Below are positions 54,434 through 61,863 of a stretch of DNA of 61,863 nt, one piece after another. Below the pieces are notes generated by a model. The model was not told the origin of the DNA, did not search any database, and worked only from the letters and a program-made list of their open reading frames with translations. Origin of the DNA: Candidatus Parcubacteria bacterium (GTDB taxonomy: Bacteria > Patescibacteriota > Minisyncoccia > UBA6257 > 2-01-FULL-56-20); assembly GCA_027324805.1 (NCBI GenBank), contig DAHVRZ010000004.1:1-61863 (forward strand), written 5' to 3'. The position numbers and the translations under genes were made by a program. The stretch's first letter is position 1. Every line of letters starts with the position of its first letter.

Positions 54434-55517
54434 CTATTTGGCGCCGGGGGTTTCCTTTTCAAGCATGGCCTCTATGAATCTATCAATATCCCCCGCAAGC
54501 ACGTCGTCAACGCGCGAGGTCTCCGTTTCGGTCCTGTGATCTTTCACCATCTGGTAGGGATTGAGCACATAAGAACGGATCTGGTTCCCCCACTCCGGTT
54601 TCACTTTGGTGCGAAGCGCGCCGACCTCCTCCACCTTCTCCTTCTCCATGAGCTGGAACAGCTTGGCCTTGAGGAGCTTCATGGCATATTCGCGGTTCTG
54701 CGCCTGCGAGCGCTCCGTGCGCGCCGAGACGGTGATGCCGGTCGGCAGATGCACCACGCGCACCGCCGTTTCCACCTTGTTGACGTTTTGGCCGCCGGGT
54801 CCGCCTGCGCGGGAGAACTCGAATTTAAGATCGGCCTCCGGAATGACGAGCTTCGATTCCTCGAGCGGCGGAAGGTCGGGTACCACTTCGACGAGCGCGA
54901 ACGATGTCTCCCGCGAATGTTTTGCATTGAAGGGTGAGATGCGCACCAGCCGGTGCACGCCCGATTCGTTCTTCAGATAACCGTATGCATGGTCGCCGCG
55001 GACCTCAATCGTGCGCGAGCGGATATTGTCGTCGATCACGCGGACCTTCCATCCGCGCCGCGCCGCGTATCCCTCATACATCTCGCCGAGCATCCGCGCC
55101 CAATCCTCCGCATCCGCGCCGCCCGCACCGGGAAAGACCGAAAGCACCGCCGCTTGCGCGTCATACCTGCCGACGAACAGCTGTTCGAGTTCGAACGCGC
55201 GGAACTTCCGCTTTATTTCATGGAATGCATCTTCGTCGATTGAACCGCCGCCCCCATCCCCGCCTCCGGCGATTGGCACAGCCATCGTTAATGCAAGGAT
55301 CCCGTTCTCTATTTCTTCGTAGCGTTGGACGACGCCCTGCAGGACGCCGAGCTCCCGGATGCTTTCATCAGCTCGGGCGCGGTTGTCCCAAAAACCGGGT
55401 GCCGCCATGGCATCCGTAAGCTCCTTCACTCGTATCTGCTTCGCAGCGAGGTCAAAGACGCCCGCCAAGCCGGCGGGCTTCGGAATCCAACTCTTTCAGT
55501 TCTTCGCGATAATCCAT
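54434..55517 (-). CDS. prfB: peptide chain release factor 2, requires a +1 frameshift
   Basis: SPF tripeptide (RISPFNA) and GGQ (GPGGQNVNK). Frame 0 runs from the ATG at 55517 for 21 codons to CTT TGA C. The rest of the protein continues in the +1 frame. Confidence 0.9.
55451..55466 (-). promoter_or_regulatory. prfB programmed +1 frameshift site
   Basis: The minus strand reads GGCGGG CGT CTT TGA C: an SD-like G-rich element, then the slippery CUU and an in-frame UGA followed by C. Confidence 0.85.
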
Positions 55518-55538
55518 AACAGTGAATATGACTAAAAA

Positions 55539-55973
55539 TTATTTTCCCTTCCTTTTGGATTTTGGCTTTGCCGCTTCGGCTTCGGCCCGCCGTTCGACCC
55601 GCTTACGGTCCATTATCCGCATCCGTGCAAGCTCGTCAACGTAATCGGGACGGAACGAAGGATTGGCGGCCTGGATTTTTCCCCTCAGATCGAGGAATTC
55701 GCCCGTTGCCTTGAGCTTGAATATCTCGGCCCGCCCGTTTTCCGCTCTCTCGAAAGCGTCTCCCGTTTCGTCATTATAGAACAGTCCGTCGCCGCCGTCG
55801 CGGAGATCGTAATTCTCATAATGCGTTTCCCCTTCATCGCCGGGGAACACGCAGAGCGCACGCCGGATGACCTTCGGGGCGTCGTACGCCGGCTCGCCGG
55901 CCCCTTCAAAATCGAACGACTGCTGATCGTCCGAAGGACCCTCCTTCCATTCCGGAAACGATTCGCCTCCCAT
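55539..55973 (-). CDS. hypothetical acidic protein with a Lys/Arg-rich tail
   Basis: 144-aa ORF of ordinary composition. No recognisable motif. Confidence 0.45.
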   Translation of the reverse strand: MGGESFPEWKEGPSDDQQSFDFEGAGEPAYDAPKVIRRALCVFPGDEGETHYENYDLRDGGDGLFYNDETGDAFERAENGRAEIFKLKATGEFLDLRGKIQAANPSFRPDYVDELARMRIMDRKRVERRAEAEAAKPKSKRKGK

Positions 55974-56003
55974 GTTGATATTGTATCACGCCATCACGCT
56001 GAT

Positions 56004-56079
56004 TGGAGCCACCTCCCGGATTCGAACCGGGGACCTTTGCTTTACGAAAGCACTGCTCTACCAGCTGAGCTAAGGTGGC
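56004..56079 (-). tRNA. tRNA-Thr (anticodon CGT), CCA encoded
   Basis: Hand-folded cloverleaf: acceptor gccacct/aggtggc, T arm cccgg-ttcgaat-ccggg, anticodon loop ttCGTaa. Confidence 0.88.
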
Positions 56080-56162
56080 AAACCGACCTCGCACTATCCA
56101 AGAAAATATAACCAAAATGGGGCGGTTATGCAATACGGGCACAGGGTGATACCATTGGGAAT

Positions 56163-56759
56163 ATGCCAAGGGAAATAGTTCCGTTCGAAAAGTTGCAGCA
56201 GCTCGTCCTGGACCTCGCGAAAGTCCGACGGAACCACCGCATGCCGGGAGACGAACGCCGCGAAAACGTGGTCGAGCACAGCTTTGCGATTGCAATGCTT
56301 TCCTGGAAAATGTTTGAAATGACAAAGCCGCCGCTTTCTCTGGAAAAGGTCCTGAAATATGCCCTGATCCATGATTCCCTCGAACGCGGCATGGAATACG
56401 ATGTGAACACGTATGCCGGCGATGCGGAACGCAAAGCGAAAAAGGAAAGGGAGTCGAAGGAGCTCGAATCGCTCAATGGAGAATTCCTCGATTTTGCGGG
56501 GTTCACATCGTCACTGAACGGCTACGAAGAGCGGAAAGACGAAGAGGCATTGTTCGTCTGGAGCGTGGATAAGCTCCAGGCAAAGATATTGGGAGGAATG
56601 GACGCCTGGCGGCCCTATCGCCTTTATGGAGTGGGCTATGGCGATTTCTGCAGGAAGGGCGAAGAGCAGTTGGAGAAATGCTCGCCATACCTCAAAGAGA
56701 TATTCCGAGGCGTCTTCGAAGAAAGCAAAAAAACCTATTACGACCGGCCGAAAAACTGA
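56163..56759 (+). CDS. HD domain phosphohydrolase (YfbR-like 5'-nucleotidase type)
   Basis: ENVVEHSFAIAML and ALIHDSLE supply the H...HD...D pattern. Confidence 0.75.
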   Translation: MPREIVPFEKLQQLVLDLAKVRRNHRMPGDERRENVVEHSFAIAMLSWKMFEMTKPPLSLEKVLKYALIHDSLERGMEYDVNTYAGDAERKAKKERESKELESLNGEFLDFAGFTSSLNGYEERKDEEALFVWSVDKLQAKILGGMDAWRPYRLYGVGYGDFCRKGEEQLEKCSPYLKEIFRGVFEESKKTYYDRPKN

Positions 56760-56763
56760 GGTG

Positions 56764-56848
56764 CGGAGGGGGTGAGATTCGAACTCACGATACCTTTCGG
56801 TATGACGGTTTTCAAGACCGTTGCCTTAAACCGCTCGGCCACCCCTCC
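56764..56848 (-). tRNA. tRNA-Ser (anticodon TGA)
   Basis: Long variable arm (atacc-gaaa-ggtat), anticodon loop ctTGAaa, T arm gtgag-ttcgaat-ctcac. Confidence 0.85.
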
Positions 56849-56865
56849 AGCATTGTCCGTATCTG

Positions 56866-56936
56866 TGGACCCACGGGGAATCGAACCCCGACCTCCTCCA
56901 TGCCATGGAGGCGTAATACCATTTTACTATGAGCCC
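56866..56936 (-). tRNA. tRNA-Ala (anticodon GGC)
   Basis: G3:U70 identity pair in the acceptor stem, anticodon loop atGGCat, T arm cgggg-ttcgatt-ccccg. Confidence 0.8.
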
Positions 56937-57068
56937 GAAGTGAGAAGAAAATGAACGAATTCCTATTTGTTCACTTTCTTCGAACGAGGGCGCACAATGG
57001 CGAAGCCATTGCTGAGCCCGAAGCACAATTGCCATAGCGTTTTACGCCGTCTATAGTATAGAGGCAAA

Positions 57069-57140
57069 GCCCTCGTAGTTCAATGGATAGAACTGCTCAC
57101 TCCTAACGAGCCGATCGAGGTTCGATTCCTCGCGAGGGCA
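57069..57140 (+). tRNA. tRNA-Arg (anticodon CCT)
   Basis: Acceptor gccctcg/cgagggc, anticodon loop ctCCTaa, T arm cgagg-ttcgatt-cctcg. Confidence 0.85.
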
Positions 57141-57207
57141 CCGAGGATAAAAATGCACGATTTTCCGTGTATTTTTATTTGAGGCGCCGAACGAGGAATA
57201 TGAATAT

Positions 57208-57226
57208 ATTCCTCGCGAGGGCACCG
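57208..57226 (+). repeat. direct repeat of the tRNA-Arg 3' end
   Basis: attcctcgcgagggcaccg is identical to 57125-57143 (T-stem 3' half, acceptor 3' strand and 3 nt beyond). Confidence 0.75.
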
Positions 57227-57324
57227 GGAACAAACCGGTGACACTTTCCTTTTTAAGGAAAATGTGATACGATATCCCTTAGTCGCCTCGCCGCCCGCAC
57301 GGGCCAAAAGGCCATTTCCATAAG

Positions 57325-57738
57325 ATGGGGTCCAAAATGAGCAATATGATGAATGTGCATCACGCAATAAGCGAAGATGGGTTGTATATCCCCTTCGAAC
57401 CCCTAACAAGGACCGCCGCAAAGAATGATACGCCGCCGCCCCGCACCGCCGCCCGGTGTTGTGCCGACAAGAACCTCGAACGCAATGTTCAGCAATTGCT
57501 GGGAGGAATCCTGGCATATCATCAGCTCCGCTGGAATATCGCAACCGACCGGATGCAATCCTCGAACGACCCGGAAGAAGCGCACTTTCCGAGCAATTTG
57601 GAAGTGCAAAACGAATACGCGCGCGTACTTCTGCACGCAAGGACCTGCGTGACCTGCCTTATTAAACATGGAGGTGATATCTCGACGAACCATCTGAAGC
57701 TCTTGGGCATCCTGCAGCTGCCGACGGCAATCCACTGA
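57325..57738 (+). CDS. hypothetical protein
   Basis: 137-aa ORF between tRNA genes, followed by a terminator-like hairpin at 57768-57798. Confidence 0.4.
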   Translation: MGSKMSNMMNVHHAISEDGLYIPFEPLTRTAAKNDTPPPRTAARCCADKNLERNVQQLLGGILAYHQLRWNIATDRMQSSNDPEEAHFPSNLEVQNEYARVLLHARTCVTCLIKHGGDISTNHLKLLGILQLPTAIH

Positions 57739-57767
57739 TCGCATAGCCCGCCGGCAAAACCATAATC

Positions 57768-57798
57768 GGCGCGCCTCTCCCCCGGAGACGCGCCTTTT
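57768..57798 (+). terminator. rho-independent terminator-like hairpin
   Basis: ggcgcg..ctcc-ccc-ggag.cgcgcc followed by TTTT. Confidence 0.55.
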
Positions 57799-57870
57799 CC
57801 TTGCATATCCTTGAATTTCGATGCGGCTTCGTTTAATCTCATAAAGGCCCGTTTCTTTTGTTTGCAGAGC

Positions 57871-57957
57871 GGAGAGGTGGCTGAGTGGTCGAAGGCACCG
57901 CACTCGAAATGCGGCAGGCTCGCAAGGGCCTCGAGAGTTCGAATCTCTCCCTCTCCG
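57871..57957 (+). tRNA. tRNA-Ser (anticodon CGA)
   Basis: Long variable arm, anticodon loop ctCGAaa, T arm gagag-ttcgaat-ctctc. Confidence 0.85.
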
Positions 57958-58048
57958 CTTTGCACTATGAGTTGATGGACTTTTCATTCCATGGCACGTT
58001 TTCGAAAGATTTGCGAGGAGAACGGTTTTGACACAGAATAAGGACACC

Positions 58049-58957
58049 ATGAGACGACGCGAACGGCACGGATCGCATCACCATTCGAAGAAACGCTCCT
58101 CGTACCAGCAGGGGCGGCGGGGTTCGCGCACCCGCAACACGAACGTCGGCGGACGGGCCATGCGCAATGCGCCGGTCGCCATGCCGCGCACGAGCGGCAG
58201 CGGCGAGAAGGTCTATATCTACGGCAGGCATGCCCTCGCCGAGGCGCTCGAACATGCGCCGCAGGCGGTGCGTCGAGTGTTTCTTGCACCCGAAATGGAT
58301 GATGCGGAACTTCGCGCTCTCATAAAAAAGAGCGGCATTGAGGCAGGAGCGCTCCGCTCCGGCGATGCCGGACAGATGGTGGGTCGCGAGACGGCGCACC
58401 AGGGCGTCGTTGCAATTCTGAATACCGGTTCGCTCATGGTCCCTTTCGACCAGTTTATGCATTCGCTCACCGACGGCGGCCGGCGCGCGGCGAAGGCGGA
58501 CACCATGCTTGTGCTCCTCGATGAGCTCACCGATCCGCACAACGTTGGCGCCGTGATCCGCTCCGCAGCGGCGTTCGGCGCGGCGGGCGTGCTCATCCCT
58601 TCCCACAACCAGGCACCGGTCACCGGCGTCGTCGTAAAGACCTCTGCCGGTATGGCTTTCCGCGTGCCGCTCGTCGCGATCGGCAATGTGAATCAGGCCG
58701 TGGATGCGCTCAAGAAGGAAGGCTTCAAAGCCTACGGCCTCGTGATGGATGGCGATATGAATATTATGAATGAGCCGTTTGACGCGCCGACGCTCGTCGT
58801 CGTGGGCAACGAAGGCGAAGGTATCCGCGAAAAGACGCTCGAGCGCTGTGACGTCCGCCTCCGCATTCCGATGGACTCCCGCGCCGAATCACTGAACGCA
58901 TCGGTAAGTGCCGCGGTCGTGCTCTATCAATGGAGCGTGAAGCATCCGCTGATATAA
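58049..58957 (+). CDS. rlmB: SpoU/TrmH family RNA 2'-O-methyltransferase (RlmB-like)
   Basis: Basic N-terminal tail, substrate-binding domain (IYGRHALAEAL), and SPOUT motifs LDELTDPHNVGAVIRSA, VVGNEGEGI and SLNASVSAAV. Confidence 0.85.
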   Translation: MRRRERHGSHHHSKKRSSYQQGRRGSRTRNTNVGGRAMRNAPVAMPRTSGSGEKVYIYGRHALAEALEHAPQAVRRVFLAPEMDDAELRALIKKSGIEAGALRSGDAGQMVGRETAHQGVVAILNTGSLMVPFDQFMHSLTDGGRRAAKADTMLVLLDELTDPHNVGAVIRSAAAFGAAGVLIPSHNQAPVTGVVVKTSAGMAFRVPLVAIGNVNQAVDALKKEGFKAYGLVMDGDMNIMNEPFDAPTLVVVGNEGEGIREKTLERCDVRLRIPMDSRAESLNASVSAAVVLYQWSVKHPLI

Positions 58958-58961
58958 TTCC

Positions 58962-59882
58962 ATGGAACGCCTCGATCTCGTTGTTTCGGGCTGGCCCGAT
59001 TACGAACTGCTCGACTCCGGCGACAACCGGAAGCTCGAACGATACGGAAAGCATATCCTTATACGGCCCGAAACGCAGGCGCTTTGGCGGCCGTCGCGGC
59101 CGGAGCTTTGGAAAAAAGCCGATGCGGAATTCCGCTTCGGCCAAGAGAAGGGCGAAAAAGGCGGTGCATGGCGCAAAAGGACCGGCATGCCCGATGCATG
59201 GGACATGTCCTGGAATAGCCTGCGCTTCACGGCACGCCTCACGTCGTTCAAGCACACCGGCGTTTTCCCCGAACAGGCGGCAAATTGGGAATGGATCGCG
59301 GGGCGCATAGGTTCATTGAGGGGACAGCTTAAAGGACCGCCGCGCGTGCTAAACCTCTTCGGCTACACCGGCATTGCAAGCATGGCTGCGGCACGGCACG
59401 GCGCCGAAGTCACGCATTGCGACGCATCCAAACAGAGCAACAATTGGGCGCATGACAATGCGCGTCTTTCCGGCATCGAGCGGGACGAAGACCACGGCGG
59501 AAGCATACGTTACATTACGGACGACGCGCTGAAGTTCGCCGAGCGTGAGGCGCGACGCGGCGCCGTCTATGACGGCATCATCCTCGATCCGCCCGCATTC
59601 GGTCGCGGCGCAAAAGGCGAGGTCTTCCGCATCGAGGAACACCTCCCGAAACTGCTCGACGCATGCGCGAAGCTCCTCGCCCGCACGCGGCCCGGAGCGT
59701 TCCTCCTCTTGAACGGCTACGCGGCGGGATATGCACCGCTTTCGCTCCTTCAGGCGGCTGAAAGTTCTTTCGCAGACATCGCGCACGGAGCAAAAGGAGA
59801 GTTCGGAGAGTTGCACATCAAGGAAAAGGATACGAAACGCGCGGTGCCTTCGGGAATCTATTCAAGGTTCATGGTAAAATAA
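58962..59882 (+). CDS. class I SAM-dependent RNA methyltransferase (RlmI/RlmK-like)
   Basis: LNLFGYTGIASMAAA SAM-binding motif and IILDPPAFGRG catalytic motif. Confidence 0.8.
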   Translation: MERLDLVVSGWPDYELLDSGDNRKLERYGKHILIRPETQALWRPSRPELWKKADAEFRFGQEKGEKGGAWRKRTGMPDAWDMSWNSLRFTARLTSFKHTGVFPEQAANWEWIAGRIGSLRGQLKGPPRVLNLFGYTGIASMAAARHGAEVTHCDASKQSNNWAHDNARLSGIERDEDHGGSIRYITDDALKFAEREARRGAVYDGIILDPPAFGRGAKGEVFRIEEHLPKLLDACAKLLARTRPGAFLLLNGYAAGYAPLSLLQAAESSFADIAHGAKGEFGELHIKEKDTKRAVPSGIYSRFMVK

Positions 59883-59886
59883 CCGT

Positions 59887-60954
59887 ATGGACGACAAGCG
59901 CGTCATACGGATCGTGCGGAAGGTAATGCCCGCCGTGGTTTCGATCGCCATCGCAAAACGCCTGAAGGACCTCGAGAAGGAGATCCCGAAGGAATTATAT
60001 GCCGGCATCCCGACAGCGAGCGGCGCACCCCGACCGCAAAAAATCGCCATCCCCGACGAGATGGTGGATGCGCACGGCATGGTGCAGGTGGGCGGCGGTT
60101 CGGGATTCATCGTTGACCCGAATGGCCTCGTCATGACGAACAAGCACGTCGTGAACGAGCCGGACGCGGAATATACCGTGATCCTTTCGGATGGCCGCAC
60201 GTTCCCCGCCGAAATCCTTTCGCGCGATCCCATCAACGACGTGGCTATTCTGAAAATCGCCGCAGGCCGGCTCCCCTGCCTCAAGCTGGGCGACGCATCG
60301 CGGCTGCAGCTCGGCCAGTCGCTTATCGCGATCGGCAACGCGCTCGGCGTTTTCCGCAACACCGTTTCCGTGGGGATCGTGAGCGGCCTTTCGCGCGCGA
60401 TCACCGCGCAGGCCGATCCCGATGCCGCGCCGCAGGAGATGCGCGGCCTCATTCAGACCGACGCCGCGATCAACCCCGGCAATTCGGGCGGCCCCATCGT
60501 GGACCGCAACGGCCGCGTGGTCGGCGTGAACGCCGCGATCGTATCCGGCGCCCAGGCGATCGGCTTCGCGATCCCCGTGAACGCCGCGCGGCGCGATCTC
60601 GACGACCTGCACCGCTGGGGACGCATCCGCCGTCCGCTCCTCGGTCTGCGCTACATCATGGTAGACAGCGACCTCAAAGCGAAGATGAAAATTTCCGTGG
60701 ACTACGGCGCGCTCGTGCTCCGCGAAGGTCCGCACGCGGAACATGATGCGGCGGTCGTGCCCGGAAGTCCAGCGGACAAGGCCGGTATCAAGGAAAAGGA
60801 TATCGTACTCGAAATGAACGGATCTCGGCTCGACCGCGACCATCCCATCCAGGACTATCTCGAGGAAATGAACGTCGGTGACGAAGTGCATCTCCTTGTC
60901 CTTCGCGGCGAAAAACAGTTCCCGGTCAAGCTCACGCTCACCGAGCGGAAGTAA
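59887..60954 (+). CDS. htrA: HtrA/DegP family serine protease with a PDZ domain
   Basis: Catalytic triad context: TNKHVV, DVAILKI, GNSGGPIV. C-terminal PDZ (GSPADKAGIKEKDIVLEMNG). TGgTAAAAT ends 6 nt before the ATG. Confidence 0.9.
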   Translation: MDDKRVIRIVRKVMPAVVSIAIAKRLKDLEKEIPKELYAGIPTASGAPRPQKIAIPDEMVDAHGMVQVGGGSGFIVDPNGLVMTNKHVVNEPDAEYTVILSDGRTFPAEILSRDPINDVAILKIAAGRLPCLKLGDASRLQLGQSLIAIGNALGVFRNTVSVGIVSGLSRAITAQADPDAAPQEMRGLIQTDAAINPGNSGGPIVDRNGRVVGVNAAIVSGAQAIGFAIPVNAARRDLDDLHRWGRIRRPLLGLRYIMVDSDLKAKMKISVDYGALVLREGPHAEHDAAVVPGSPADKAGIKEKDIVLEMNGSRLDRDHPIQDYLEEMNVGDEVHLLVLRGEKQFPVKLTLTERK

Positions 60955-60957
60955 CCG

Positions 60958-61863
60958 TTAATACGAATATTGATCGACAAGAAGTCCGTTCTTGTCGAGA
61001 AGGTCAACGATGTCGTGATACTGGTTCACCACGTTGCCCCCGGTCCAGACCCATACCTGATTGCTGAGGAAGTTTGGGTCGGCATCGTGCGCTTCGAAGC
61101 ACGACTTGTAATTGAAGTTGTTTTGGAGGAAGTTCTGACAGGCATAATCCGTCTGCGGCACGAGAGAGTTCGGAAAAACGGGTTGTTGGCAGCCCGCAAT
61201 GGACTGGATATATTCCTGACACGCACCGGTGAAGTTCCCGATCTGCGATTCATCCACCTGCGGGCATTGGGACGGGAGCGCAGGCTGGAAGTTCGCGACA
61301 TTCGCAATGTAGCCGATGCACTCGTTGAGGCGGAGATTGAACGGTGCAGACGAGGAGTAAAGATAGACGGTGTCGCCGTTTCCCACGCGGATATCGGACG
61401 GCGCACTGAGGCCGGACGGATCATAGACGGCGATCGCCTTCGGGATATATTCCCCGCTCTCGCGCGTCTTGATCTGCCACCCGGTGATATCGATGGTGCC
61501 CGTCGCCTGGCTGTTCGCAAGATAGGCATACAGCGATAGTGTGCCGTAATAATAGGATGTTCCCGCAGAAACGGTGCCGAAACGGACCTCATGGAAATAG
61601 GGGGACAATTGCGATGCCTTCCATCCGGAAGGAATTTCGGACGCCGGGATTGTGCTCGTATTCACGGTGACGCCCACAGGCGCCCCGGAAGAACCCGACG
61701 TTGGGCCTATATAAGTCCCTCCGCTCGAAAAGGTTGATGTTCCCTGGGGAATGACGGGCAGTGTCATTCCTGCGTGCTGGGATGGAATGAGGCTGAACGA
61801 GGAACTGGGGAAAGAGAATGAGGGGAATTTGATCCCGCCGGTCGTCGTAAGATGGAAAACAAA
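60958..61863 (-). CDS. hypothetical secreted protein, possibly with a lamin-tail-like beta-sandwich, 5' end probably outside the window
   Basis: The frame stays open from 61767 to the window edge. FHEVRFG...IDITGWQIK...GDTVYLYSS resembles the LTD pattern. The C-terminal part is Cys-rich. Confidence 0.5.
   Translation of the reverse strand, partial: FVFHLTTTGGIKFPSFSFPSSSFSLIPSQHAGMTLPVIPQGTSTFSSGGTYIGPTSGSSGAPVGVTVNTSTIPASEIPSGWKASQLSPYFHEVRFGTVSAGTSYYYGTLSLYAYLANSQATGTIDITGWQIKTRESGEYIPKAIAVYDPSGLSAPSDIRVGNGDTVYLYSSSAPFNLRLNECIGYIANVANFQPALPSQCPQVDESQIGNFTGACQEYIQSIAGCQQPVFPNSLVPQTDYACQNFLQNNFNYKSCFEAHDADPNFLSNQVWVWTGGNVVNQYHDIVDLLDKNGLLVDQYSY

Noticed and set aside
53412-54539. 375-aa plus-strand ORF
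   Set aside because: It is antisense to the S41 peptidase and the prfB 3' end.
56930-57022. 11-nt repeat tgagcccgaag (tRNA-Ala 5' end and about 80 nt downstream)
   Set aside because: It is too short to distinguish from chance in this composition, and no flanking homology is present.

Overview
61.9 kb contig fragment, mid-to-high GC by eye, no rRNA and no CRISPR. The gene content looks like a small-genome Patescibacteria/CPR (Parcubacteria-like) bacterium. This taxonomic call is an inference from type IV pilin-like genes, domain-minimised housekeeping proteins, many small hypothetical membrane proteins and the absence of biosynthetic operons. The core backbone includes:
- the alpha ribosomal operon infA-rpmJ-rpsM-rpsK-rpsD-rpoA-rplQ, followed by rplM-rpsI
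- alaS, and hrcA-grpE-dnaK-(membrane gene)-dnaJ with a CIRCE operator
- cysS-dnaB-recR
- an ECF sigma/anti-sigma pair beside cydAB and a DsbB/thioredoxin-like pair
- tig, obg, an ABC-F ATPase, msrAB, typA, rpmA, rplI
- prfB with the classical +1 frameshift site
- five tRNAs, rlmB and htrA

Main observations:
1. A ~10.4 kb accessory region lies directly downstream of rpsI (about 4338-14865). It is cut into cassette-like blocks by five degenerate copies of the rpsI 3' end, each followed by its own terminator. No recombinase is visible.
2. The largest block carries a tightly coupled 10-gene operon (6108-12453) of small enzymes that act on nucleotides or nucleic-acid ends, including an ASCH/ParB-like fusion.
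3. rpoA lacks its C-terminal domain, and a stand-alone alpha-CTD-like protein is encoded about 31 kb away (47409-47807).
4. At least 17 genes have a -10 hexamer 6-8 nt upstream of the start codon, a leaderless geometry. Three pairs are divergent back-to-back promoters in 29-63 bp gaps. Several accessory genes instead carry strong Shine-Dalgarno sites.
5. A cytochrome bd / DsbB / VKOR-type thioredoxin module is present.

All functional calls come from motif recognition by eye in the supplied translations. No database search was run.
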